A stretch of DNA of 29,370 bases, from NCBI RefSeq assembly GCF_004010195.1, contig NC_057749.1:17346466-17375835 (forward strand). Direction: 5' to 3'. A model generated the notes under the pieces. The model had not been told where the DNA came from, ran no database searches, and worked only from the letters and a program-made list of their open reading frames with translations. Made by a program: the position numbers and the translations under genes. Below, piece by piece: positions 11,213 through 20,869 of the stretch (positions within the stretch are counted from its first letter, which is position 1; each line of letters opens with the position of its first letter). This DNA is from Chiloscyllium plagiosum. Lineage: Eukaryota.

Positions 11213-11529
11213 GGGCGGCACGGTGGCACAGTGGTTAGCACTGCTGCCTCACAGCGCCAGAGACTCGGGTTCAATTCCCGCCTCAGGCGACTGACTGTGT
11301 GGAGTTTGCACGTTCTCCCCGTGTCTGCGTGGGTTTCCTCCGGGTGCTCCGGTTTCCTCCCACAGTCCAAAGATGTGCAGGTCAGGTGAATTGGCCATGC
11401 TAAATTGCCCCTAGTGTTAGGTAAGGGGTAAATGTAGGGGTATGGGTGGGTTGCGCTTCGGCGGGGCGGTGTGGACTTGTTGGGCCGAAGGGCCTGTTTC
11501 CACACACTAAGTAATCTAATCTAATCTAA
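11213..11529 (+). mobile_element. HE1-type V-SINE, full length and young
   Basis: Starts gggcggcacggtgg. A box tggcacagtgg 11224-11234; B box ggttcaattcc 11268-11278. V-domain core tgtggagtttgcacgttctccccgtgtctgcgtgggtttcctccgggtgctccggtttcctcccaca. CR1-like tail gggccgaagggcctgtttccac and a terminal (taatc)n repeat. CpGs are retained. Confidence 0.93.
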
Positions 11530-11723
11530 ATGCTAACAATTATTTCAAATATCAGGGCATGATTTGACATCTTTTCAGCTTTCTGTTTTTGACATCATCT
11601 CTTATTCCACCATGTTGTGGTCATGGCCATTGTCTTGTGTGGAGTGATTGTACATGACACCTGCAGAAGTTCTGTAGGAATATTTCAGGTTGCCCTGCTA
11701 AAACTGTCTGCATCATGGTGCAA

Positions 11724-11733
11724 TGCATGCATG
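11724..11733 (+). promoter_or_regulatory. Two overlapping UGCAUG (RBFOX-type) motifs upstream of exon C
   Basis: tgcatgcatg in non-repeat intron sequence, ending 65 nt before the exon C start at 11799. Function untested. Confidence 0.35.
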
Positions 11734-11798
11734 CTTTGCTTCTGCTGTTAGTTTCTGTTCGATCAGTTATCATTTTAGCACTTGTTTTGCTGTGATAG

Positions 11799-11874
11799 GT
11801 ATTACGAGGAAAAGCCCCAGGACACCATTATCTAACTTGCAAGGGACAAACACCATCAATGACAAATCAACACG
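11799..11874 (+). CDS. MYO9A: Myosin IXa coding exon C (loop-2 insertion), 76 nt, phase 1-2
   Basis: Acceptor gatag ends at 11798; donor gtaagt at 11875. Translates (S)ITRKSPRTPLSNLQGTNTINDKST(R), matching MYO9A ITRKxPRTPLSxLQG. Confidence 0.93.
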
Positions 11875-13164
11875 GTAAGTACTTGACTTTTTTGGTTAAA
11901 TATAGTATTATTTTATTTTAATGATAACAAGTGCAAGTTGTTTGGTATCTCTTTTAGATGCTTGTTGCTTCATGTGAGATACTGATTCTAAATTTTAGAA
12001 CATTTTTACAATAATGTGGGTATATCCTAATGAAGTATGCTCCTGGAATGCAAAATTTTAAAATATGATGTTTCAACTTGATGCAAGTAAACTGATGAGA
12101 GTGCTAAACTAAAAGTGCAAATCATCAGGTTAGTTTAAACAATAAAATTGTATCAAGGTAGTAGTAGGGGACAAAGGTGACAGAATCAGAATAATTTTGC
12201 TCCCAAAATGAGTTGTTGATGATGGGTTGGATGCTGGCCTCTCTGCTCTGTTATCCAGATTAAAGTCTATCCCCTCTTTTGCCAGTTGTAATGTGAAATG
12301 TGAACAGTTCTAACATGTAACTTTTACTGTGACTGATCTGGGAATACTTGTTGCTGACAGTGACAGTGACTAGCATTAACATTCTTCGTTTGGTGAGTTT
12401 TTAGGATACTGCATCACACTGAGACTAAGTTAATTGAATTTTGAATTTTGAATTCTGTCTCATGCCCTTTTACAATATGGGGAATACTAGTCCCTTAGCA
12501 CCAGATTTATATCCATTTGTTGAGAGGATTAGATTTGGCAATTGTCATCTTTCATCCATCTCAATCCTGCCTCATTCCTTCCATGTACCTGGATATAGAG
12601 GGAGTAGTAGGGAAATCAGCTAGATATTACCATGCCTGGTTGCGATCCCATTACTGATAATAAGAACTGTAGAACACTTTGTGCACAGGATTGCTCGGTA
12701 TTGTTAGTCTCCAGTAGTCAGATAACCTGTCAATCTTCGATGCTTTGCAACTCATAAGCAAACATTGGCTATCTGTCAAAGGTATCAGGAATACCCAGTG
12801 TCTTAACACCATACTCCAGCAAAACCTATGTTTTCTGAAGCAAGATTAAGATTTAGGATACATTCACATAGCAATCTGTTTGGAGTTTCTTAATGCTTCA
12901 GAGGTGGAGCTTAAAGTTGTTGGAAATTATTGATATCAAACTTAGTCTCAATCTATTTGGTTTGGTCTACATTCTACAGCAATTAATGCATAATACATCT
13001 ATTTGAAGGATATACAGGAATGCATTTGTGAACCGGTGAGTTCAGTTGTGGCCACAGCAAATCTTTGGACATGATTTCCAAGCCAGGGTTGGGAAAGAAT
13101 AGTTGGAGCTGAAAATGTGTTGCTGGAAAAGCGCAGCAGGTCAGGCAGCGTCCAAGGAGCAGGA

Positions 13165-13202
13165 GAATCGACGTTTCGGGCATGAGCCCTTCTTCAGGAA
13201 TC
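13165..13202 (-). ncRNA. Mirror-image hammerhead motif on the minus strand
   Basis: Exact reverse complement of 13204-13241, lying in the left arm of the palindrome. Confidence 0.7.
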
Positions 13203-13203
13203 T

Positions 13204-13241
13204 GATTCCTGAAGAAGGGCTCATGCCCGAAACGTCGATTC
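13204..13241 (+). ncRNA. Minimal type-I hammerhead ribozyme motif (PLE type)
   Basis: gattc-CTGAAGA-a-gggc(tcat)gccc-GAAA-C-GTC-gattc. CUGANGA at 13209-13215, 4-bp stem II, GAAA at 13229-13232, palindromic ACGU stem III, predicted GUC cleavage after 13236, stem I with one U-U mismatch. Confidence 0.7.
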
Positions 13242-14564
13242 TCCTGCTCCTTGGATGCTGCCTGACCTGCTGCGCTTTTCCAGCAACACATTTTCAGCTC
13301 TGATCTCCAGCATCTGCAGTCCTTACTTTCTCCTAAAAGAATAGTTGGCAACTATGAAAGCTCAGGTTTCCTCAAAGGTTGTTGTATTTCAGTTGTTAGA
13401 AACTTTGTCTTGCACTTCCATCCAGGTTGTTATTTCCAACCAGATTGTGTATATTGCAGCAGCTGCATCTGCAATTCTGCATTTTAAGAGTACATAGTTT
13501 TCTCTTGAGGTTTTTTATGTAGTTTTTAAAATATGATTTAAAACTTTTAATTGGCTCCAGTTAAATTTTGACTTTGACAGCCAAACCAAGCCATTGGTTT
13601 GGCTCAACCTTCAGATTTTCTGGCTGCTCTAACTTCAATATTTACACAGTCTACTCTACTTAACAGCATGTTAGTTTTTACTGGTAATCTCTTTCAAAAC
13701 CCACAATCTTTTGTCTGCTACTTAGAATGCTTGCTCTTTTTGTTCATTGTAACTGTAGGACACTATCCCTTCGCATATATACCCAAACCTTATCCATCAG
13801 TGTTCTGGCTTGTAGTGGATCTTGGGATCACAGTAGCCATTCTTGTGTGACCCTGTGTAGAGTGTCAGTTGTCTGTTTGACTCAGAGAGACATCAACCAA
13901 GTTTCATGCTGTCTTCACCCAAATTCTCTCAAACTGCATTTATATACTAACTTAGACTCTGAAGTTAGATACGAGTGACTGTCGTTGGCATCAAGGCAGC
14001 ATTCAACTATGTATTGTGTCAAGGAGCCCTAGAAAAACTGAAGTCAATCAGATTTGGAGGCCATGATTTGGATTTGCCGGTGTTGGACTGATGTGCAAAA
14101 TTAAAAATCACACAACACTAGATTATAGTTCAACAGGTTTATTTGGAAGCACTAGCTTTTGGAGCCCTGCTCCTTTATCAGGTGATTGTGGAATATAAGA
14201 TTGTAGCACGCAGAATTTATAGCAAGAGTTTACAGTGTGATGTAATTGAAATTATATGTTGAAAAAGAATGGATTGTTTGTTAAGTCTCTCGTCTTTTAG
14301 AATGACCACATTGGTTTCAGTTCTTTCTTATGTAAATCCCAGGCCTTTTTTAAAGTTACATTCTCAAGTGAACTTTAACAATAGGTGCCATGTTGGTCCA
14401 GATAATGCATTGAAGGTGTGAAGTACCCTGTGTGAGGCTGTCAGTGCCCCAATGTTCAGACTGATTCTAATCTAAAGAAGGGATTCACAGAATCTTATAT
14501 GGATTCATGCAGTTTTTGAGCAAAATAAAATGTAATTCTGCAAGTATAAATTTACTCCATAAAC

Positions 14565-14566
<2 letters not shown>

Positions 14567-14598
<32 letters not shown>
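14567..14598 (+). repeat. (TG)16 microsatellite within the Penelope UTR
   Basis: Uninterrupted tg run, followed by degenerate TG/AG-rich sequence to ~14775. Confidence 0.95.
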
Positions 14599-14602
<4 letters not shown>

Positions 14603-15003
14603 CATGCATGAGGGTGTGTGCGCGGGGGGTAATGATTGTCTGAGAGTATATGTGTAAATGTATGTGTGTGAGTGAGAGTATAAAGGGCTGTATGTCTGTG
14701 AGAGGCTGCGTGTGGGAGTGTATGTGTGAGCATATGAGAGAGTGTATGGGTCTTTAGAAGTGATGAGTGTGTGTGCACACAGTGCAGTGGGGTCACCTGT
14801 AGTGCACATGAACCCAAGGTCCCGGTTGAGGCAATCCCCATGGATACCGAACTCTGCTATCAGCCTCTGCTTGGCCATTTTGCGATATTGCCTGTCCCAA
14901 AGTCCGCCTTTGGGGATGGTCACCCAAAGCTCTGAGGTTGAATATTCCCCACTATAAATATAATGCTATAAATTCTGTGTCCTACAGTCTTATACTCCTC
15001 AAC

Positions 15004-15038
15004 CACCTGATGAAGGAGCAGCGTTCCGAAAGGTAGTG
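15004..15038 (+). ncRNA. Hammerhead motif in pLTR, probably impaired
   Basis: cac-CTGATGA-a-ggagc(agc)gttcc-GAAA-gg-TA-gtg. Core and stems I/II are present, but stem III reads AGGU where the sister copies read palindromic AGCU. Confidence 0.55.
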
Positions 15039-15194
15039 CTTCCAAATAAACCTGTTGGACTATAACCTGGTGTTGTGTGATATTTAGATTTAGAAGCAAC
15101 TCTGTATTGATTGGAGTAATAATACAAGGGAAGATGGTTATGTTGTCAAAGGTCATTTATCACAGCCCAAGACATTAGTGCACAAATTCCTCAG

Positions 15195-15491
15195 CTTCTC
15201 ATAGGTCATCCCTTCACTTGGTATTCAGCTGTTGTGACTTCTGTTCACACCGTTTAACACTTTTGATCATCTGCAAAGCCTTGTTATTCAGCCTGTTGAC
15301 ACTCCTCTCACACTATTTGTACTTCGCTGCTGACACTCTTAATTACCTGGAATTATCTTGCCATTGTCTCTCCACCTAAATATTCTGTGCCCGTGTGCTT
15401 CCTTCCACTTCACCTGACAAAGGAACAGCGCACTGAAAGCTTGTGATTTCAAATAAATCTGTTGGACTATAACCTGGTGTTGTGATTTCTG
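15195..15491 (+). mobile_element. Penelope-like 3'-end fragment with exact 13-bp TSD
   Basis: Ends in cacctgacaaaggaacagcgcactgaaagcttgtg...aataaatctgttggactataacctggtgttgtga, homologous to 15004-15080. TSD acaaattcctcag at 15182-15194 and 15492-15504. Confidence 0.85.
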
Positions 15492-15581
15492 ACAAATTCC
15501 TCAGGGTAATGTCCTAGGCCTAAATATCTTCGGCTGGTTCATCAATTACTTTTCATAAGAAGAAAAGAATTAGGAGCAGGA

Positions 15582-16260
15582 AAGAGACATTGGAATGCAG
15601 GTTCATAGTTCCTTGAAAGTAGAGTTGCAGGTAGATAGGATCGTGAAGATGGCATTTGGTATACTTTCCTTTATTGGTCAGAGCATTGGGCATAGGCGTT
15701 AGGAGGGCATATTGGGGCTGTACAGTTAGGCCATGTTTGGAATATTGCATGCAATTCTGGTCTCCTTCCTATCAGAAGGAAAGATATTGTGAAACTTGAA
15801 AGGGTTCAGAAGAGATTTACAGGGATGTTGTCAGAGTTGGAGGATTTGAGCTATAGGGAGAGGCTGAATAGGCGGGGCTGTTTTCTCTGGAGTGTCGGAA
15901 GCTGAGGGATGACCTTAGAGAGGTTTATAATATCATGAGGTTTTTTCCCTGGAGTGGGGGAGTCTAGAACAAGAGGCTATAGGTTTAGGTGAGAGAGGAA
16001 AGATAAAAAAGGGACCTAAGGGGCAATATATTCACGCAGAGGGTGGTGCATGTATGGAATGAACTGCCTGAGGAAGTGATGGAGGCTGGTACAATTAGAG
16101 CATTTAAAAGGCATCTGGATTGGTTTATGAATAGGGAGGGTTTTGAGGGATATGGGACAAATACTGGCAAATGGGACTAGATAACATTAGGATATCTGGT
16201 CGGTATGGATGAGTTGGACTGAAGGGTCTGTTTCTGTGCTGTACATCTCTATGACTCTAT
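15582..16260 (+). mobile_element. CR1 LINE 3' fragment
   Basis: Homologous to 5045-5708. Ends ttggactgaagggtctgtttctgtgctgtacatctctatgactctat. It interrupts the 3' tail of a minus-strand CR1 (15555-15581 on the left, 16261 onward on the right). Confidence 0.9.
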
Positions 16261-17835
16261 CTGGCCCTTCAATGCTGCTCCGCCATTCAATAGATCATGG
16301 GTGATCTTTTTGTGGACTTTACCTTAGCTTTCAAAATGTTTACTGAAGAAGCGTCAACTATGTCACTGGGCAGGGAATTCCACAGATTAACTCTGGGTGA
16401 AGAAGTTCCTTCTCAATTCAGTCCTAAATCTGCTTCCTCTAATCTTGAGGCTCTGCCCTCTTGTCCTAGATTCACCTGCCAGTGAAAACATCCTCTCTAC
16501 TTCTACCTTGTCTACTCCCTTTACAATTTTATATGTTTCTCTAAGATCCCCCCTCATTCTTCTGAATTCCAATGAATATAATCTCAGTCTACTCAGTCTC
16601 TCCTCATAAGCCAACCCCCTCAAGTCCAGAATCAACCTAGTGAACCTCCTTTGTACCCCTTCCTGCGTCAGTCATCCTTTCTCAAAGTAAGGAGACCAAA
16701 ACTGCATGCAGCACTCCAGGTGTGGCCTCACCACCCTGTACAGCTGCAACATAATATCCCTGCTTTTAATCTTGACCCCTTTAGCAGTGAAGAACAAAAT
16801 TCCATTTGCCTTCCTAATTACTTGTTATATCTGCAGACCAATCTTCTGAGATTCATGCACAAGGACACCCAGGTCCCTCTGCATTGCAGCATGCTGCAAC
16901 TTTTTACTGTTACTCCTACCAAAATGAATGACTTCACATTTATTAACATTGTATCCCATCTGCTAGACCCTTTGCCCACTCAAAGTATCTGTTTTTCTAC
17001 AAAGTTTCTGAGTCCTCTGCACACTTTGCTGTGCCATTCATCTTTGCATCATCTGCAGAAGTTTGACACACTACATGTGGTCCCCAACTCCAAATCGTCC
17101 ATATAAACTGTGTCTAATTGCAGTCCCAACACTGATCCCTGAGGCACACCACTAGTTACTGATTGCTGGCCAGAATAGCACTCATGTATCTCCACTCTTT
17201 TCTTCCTGTTAGTCAGCCAATCCTCTGTCCTTGCTAATACTTTACCCGTAACACTGTGCATCTTTATCTCATGCAGCAGCCTCTTGTGCGGCACCTTGTC
17301 AAATGCCTTTTGGAAATCTAGGTACACCACATCCACTGGGTTCCTGTTGCCCACCGTGCTTGTAATGTCTTCATAGAATTCCAGAAGATTTGTTCAGCAT
17401 GACCTGCCCTCCATGAACCCATGCTGCGTCTGCCCGAAGGGCCTTGGTATTTCTTCCTTGATAATAGACTCAAGCATCTTCCCCGCTACAAAGGTTAAGC
17501 TAACTGAATATAATTCCCCATCTTTTGTCTACTTCCCCTTTTAAACACTTGCTGTTTTCTAGTCTGCTGGAACATGCCCAGAGTCCAGTGAATTTTGGAA
17601 ATTTACCACCAGTGCACTTGCTATTTCTCCTGCCATTTCTTTAGTACCCTGGGATGCATTCCATCAGGACCAAGAGACTTGTCTATCTTAGCTCCATTAG
17701 CTTGCCCAATATTACCTCTTCCTTAATAATGATTGTTTCCAGGTCCTCACCTCCCTTTGTCTCCTTGTAAATTACTGGCATGTTATTCGTGTTCTCCACT
17801 GTGAAGACCGATACAAAGTACTTGTTCAATGCTTA
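16261..17835 (-). mobile_element. CR1 LINE, degenerate ORF2 (RT and C-terminus)
   Basis: Minus-strand peptides VDVVYLDFQKAFDKVPHKRLL, GVPQGSVLG and YEERLSRLRLYSLEFRRMRGDL. Confidence 0.92.
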
Positions 17836-17855
17836 ACGTATCAGGAATGTTTTTC

Positions 17856-20131
17856 ATTGCTGGGACCATTTTTGTGAACTTCCTCTGAACACACTCCAGG
17901 GCCAGTATATCCTTCCTGAGATATGGGACCCAAAACTGCGCACAATACTCCAAATGTGGTCTGACCAGAGCCTTTCAGAGCCTCATAAGTACATTCCTGC
18001 TTCTATATTCAAGTCCTCTCAAAATAAATGCCATCATTGCATTTGCCTTCCTCACCACTGATTCAACCTGTAAGCTTACCTTGAGAAAATCCTGGACTAG
18101 AACTCCCAAGCCTCTTTACACTTCAGACTTTTGAATTTTCTCTCCATTTAGAAAATAGCCCATAACTCTGTCCTTCCTACCTCAGTACATGACCTCACAC
18201 TTTCCCACATTGTACTCCATCTGCCAATTCTTTGCCCAGTCTCCTAACCTGTCCAAATCCTTCTGCATCCTCCCCACCTCCTCAATGCTACCTGTCCCTC
18301 TACCTGCCTTTGTATCTTCTGCATCCTTGACCAGAATACCCTCAGTTCATCTAGATTGTTAATCTATAAAGTGAAAAGTTGTGGAACACCACTTGTCACT
18401 GGATACCATCCTGAGAAGGACCCTTTCATTTCGACTCCCTGCTTTCTGGCAGACAGACAAGCTTCTATCCATGTTAACACTTTGCTTCTCACCCCATGGG
18501 CCCTTTATCTTACTCCGAAGCCTACTGTGTGGCACTTTGTCAAAGTGCCACTTCCTGAAGTCCAGGTAGATAGCTTCCATTGGCTCTCCTTGGTCTAACC
18601 TGCTTGATACTTTCTCAAAGAATTCTAGTGGATTAGTTGGGCATGACCTCCTCTTGATGAAGCCATGCTGACTTTGCCCTATTTTACCATGCACTTCAGA
18701 AATCTCATCTTTCACAATGTATTCCAAAATCTTACCCCACAACCGAGGTTAGGCTAATCGGTCTGTAATTTTCCATCTTTTGAATTGCTCCCTTTTTAAA
18801 CAGGAGCATCATGTTAGCTATTTTACAGTCCTCTGGGAGCCTCCCTGATTCTAGTGATTCCTGAAAGATCACCACTAATGCCTCCACTATCTCTTCAACT
18901 ATTTCTGTCAGGTCTAGTCCATCTCTTCCAGGTGATTTATCCACCTACAGGCCATTCATTTTTTCTACCACCTTCTCCTTGGTGATGGCCACCATACTCA
19001 GCTCTGCCCCCTCACACTCTCGAGTGTTTGGGATATTACTGGTATCTTTCACTGTAAAGACTGACGTGAAGTAACTATTCAGTTTCACAGCCATTTTCTT
19101 GTTCCCCACTACTATCTCTCCAGTGTCATTTTCCAGCAGCCCAATGTCCACCTTTGCCTCTCGTTTGCCCTTTTGTATATCTAAAGAAACTCTTGCAGTC
19201 TTTCTTTTTTATATTACTGGCAAGCTTACCTTCATATTTAATCTTCTCCCTCCTTATTTCTTTTTTGTTGCCCTCTGTTGGTCTTTGTAAGCTTTCCAAT
19301 CCTCTGGTTTCCCACTGTCCTTGGCCACATTATATGCTTTCTCTTTTGCTTTTATGCTATCACTGACTTCCCTGGTCAGCCGTATTTGTCCCATTTCCCC
19401 CCCCCCCCAGTACCATGCTGCTTTTCCCTCGGGATGAATCCCTACTGTGTCTCCTGAATTATTACCAGAAAGCCCTGCCATTGCTGTTCCACTGTCTTTC
19501 CTGCTAGGCTCTTCTCCCAGTCAAATCTACCCAGCTGGTCCCTCATGCCTCTATAGTTGCCTTTATTAGCTGTATTACTGTTACCTCTGATTCTATCTTC
19601 TCCCTCTCAAATTGCAGAGTAAATTCAATGATGTTATGGTCACTACCTCCTAAGGGTTCCTTCACCTTAAGTTCCCTTATCAAGTCTGCCTTATTGCACA
19701 ACACTAAATCAAGTTTTAGCTGTTCCCCTAGTGGGCTTCATGATAAGCTGCTCCAAAAAGCCATCTCACAGACATTCCACAAATTCCTTTTCTTGCAATC
19801 CGCTACCAACCTGATTTTCCCAGTCTACTTGCATATTGAAATCCCCATGATCACTGTTAACTTTACCTTTCCTACACATCTTTTCTATCTCCTGGTGTAT
19901 CTTGCGCCCCAGCTCCTGACTACTATTTAGTGGCTTATACATAACTCCAGCTATAGTTTTTTTACCTTTACGGTTCCTCAGTTCTACCCACGCAGATTCT
20001 ACAGCATCTGAAATTACTTCCTTTCTTGCTATTGATTTAATTTCATTTCTTACTAATAAGGCAATCCCACCCCCTCTGACCAGTTACGTATCTTTTTGAT
20101 AGGATGTACATCCTTGAATATTCAGCTCCCA
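17856..20131 (-). mobile_element. Second CR1 LINE, degenerate ORF2 (EN end, tether, RT), lacking its 3' end
   Basis: Minus-strand peptides DKSPGRDGL, NYRPISLTSVVG, SQHGFIKRRSCPTNPLEFFE and YLDFRK..FDKVPH, with frameshifts. Confidence 0.92.
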
Positions 20132-20134
20132 ATT

Positions 20135-20700
20135 GGAAGTGGTCAACATTCTCCAAGACCTCCCCGTGGCCTTTGATGATCGGGGGTTCACTGCACAATG
20201 ACAGGATAGGTTGATGAAGGCCTTTTGTCTTGCGGATGTTCAGAGCGAGACCCATGTGCTCATGTCCTTCCGTAAAGGTGCTGATGATGGTCTGGAGTAC
20301 GTTCTCTGAGATTGCACATACATGAGCATCGTCTGCGTACTGCAGCTTGAGGACATTGGTTGAGGTGTCTTTGGTTTTGGCTTGAAGGCAGTGAAAGTTG
20401 AATAATTTCTCACAGGTTCTATAAGTTAGCTTCAGTCCAGCAGGGAGCTTGTCTGTGATAAAGGGAAGCTTTGGAGTGCTGGAGATCGAGAAGAGTGTTG
20501 GGGCAATGACACAGTCCTGTTTGACACCAGTTTGAACAGGGAATGAATCAGTGGTAGACCCCTGTGTCATTACCACAAATTCCATGTTGTCGTGAGCAGG
20601 CGAAGAATGACAAACTTCATGATGCAACCAAAGTGGAGAAGGATGCTTCATAATGCTTCCCGATTGACAGTATCAAAGGCCTTTGTAAGGTCAAAGTAGG
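20135..20700 (-). mobile_element. RTE-clade LINE RT fragment
   Basis: Peptides YFDLTKAFDTVNREAL, FPVQTGVKQDCVIAPTLFSI, LQYADD and GLALNIRKTK, typical of RTE-clade RT. Confidence 0.85.
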
Positions 20701-20869
20701 TAGTCTTTGGTAGTCTTATTTTGTTATGAGGCATCATCAAAGTTGAAGTATTCCAGACCAAAAAGACACGAATAGCATGAATTTCATTGCCTTTAAGCCA
20801 ATATCTGATTAATATTTGTAAGTGTATATTTGATTTCACAAAGTATAATTGAGCCATAATAATATCCCT

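Larger units (their letters stand above)
13106..13335. mobile_element. Non-autonomous Penelope-derived palindromic element (two pLTR ends in inverted orientation)
   Basis: Arms 13106-13202 and 13204-13300 are reverse complements at 96 of 97 nt around a single T at 13203. Direct repeats aaagaatagttgg at 13094-13106 and 13336-13348. The right arm is homologous to the PLE 3' end at 1275-1365. Confidence 0.92.
14062..15085 (-). mobile_element. Penelope-like element (second family), 5'-truncated, with inverted pLTR copy
   Basis: Minus-strand peptide GGLWDRQYRKMAKQRLIAEFGIHGDCLNRDLGFM resembles a GIY-YIG C-terminus. CA-rich 3' UTR. Inverted repeats at 14103-14224 and 14964-15085. Degenerate TSD agatttggaggc (14050-14061) / agatttagaagc (15086-15097). 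Confidence 0.85.
13975..15553 (+). mobile_element. CR1/L2-group LINE RT fragment split by two Penelope insertions
   Basis: Pieces 13975-14061, 15098-15194 and 15505-15553 rejoin into a decayed RT: IKAAF...QGALEKLKS, then ...PQG(N)VLGLNIFGWFIN. Confidence 0.7.

Noticed and set aside
11213..11285. tRNA-like sequence with A and B boxes
   Set aside because: It continues directly into a V-SINE body and LINE-derived tail, so it is a SINE head and not a tRNA gene.
11200..11505. 101-aa minus-strand ORF sharing LAWPIHLTCTSLD with ORF 465..695
   Set aside because: Both are translations of HE1 SINE copies, not paralogous genes.
12983..13351. Two near-identical ORFs on opposite strands (ELKMCCWKSAAGQAASKEQENRRFGHEPFFRN), suggestive of a paired gene system
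   Set aside because: They are an automatic consequence of the DNA palindrome. The sequence is non-coding Penelope pLTR.
14485..14923. His/Thr-rich minus-strand ORFs, and tgcatgcatg at 14601-14610
   Set aside because: Both derive from the (TG)n-rich Penelope UTR. Only the N-terminal part of 14552..14923 is a real endonuclease remnant, and the motif is far from any exon.
20043..20651. Longest listed ORF (202 aa) with a YADD motif, as a possible domesticated reverse transcriptase
   Set aside because: It is a truncated RTE fragment with a broken upstream region, and its C-terminus runs into an adjacent CR1. Nothing suggests an intact gene.
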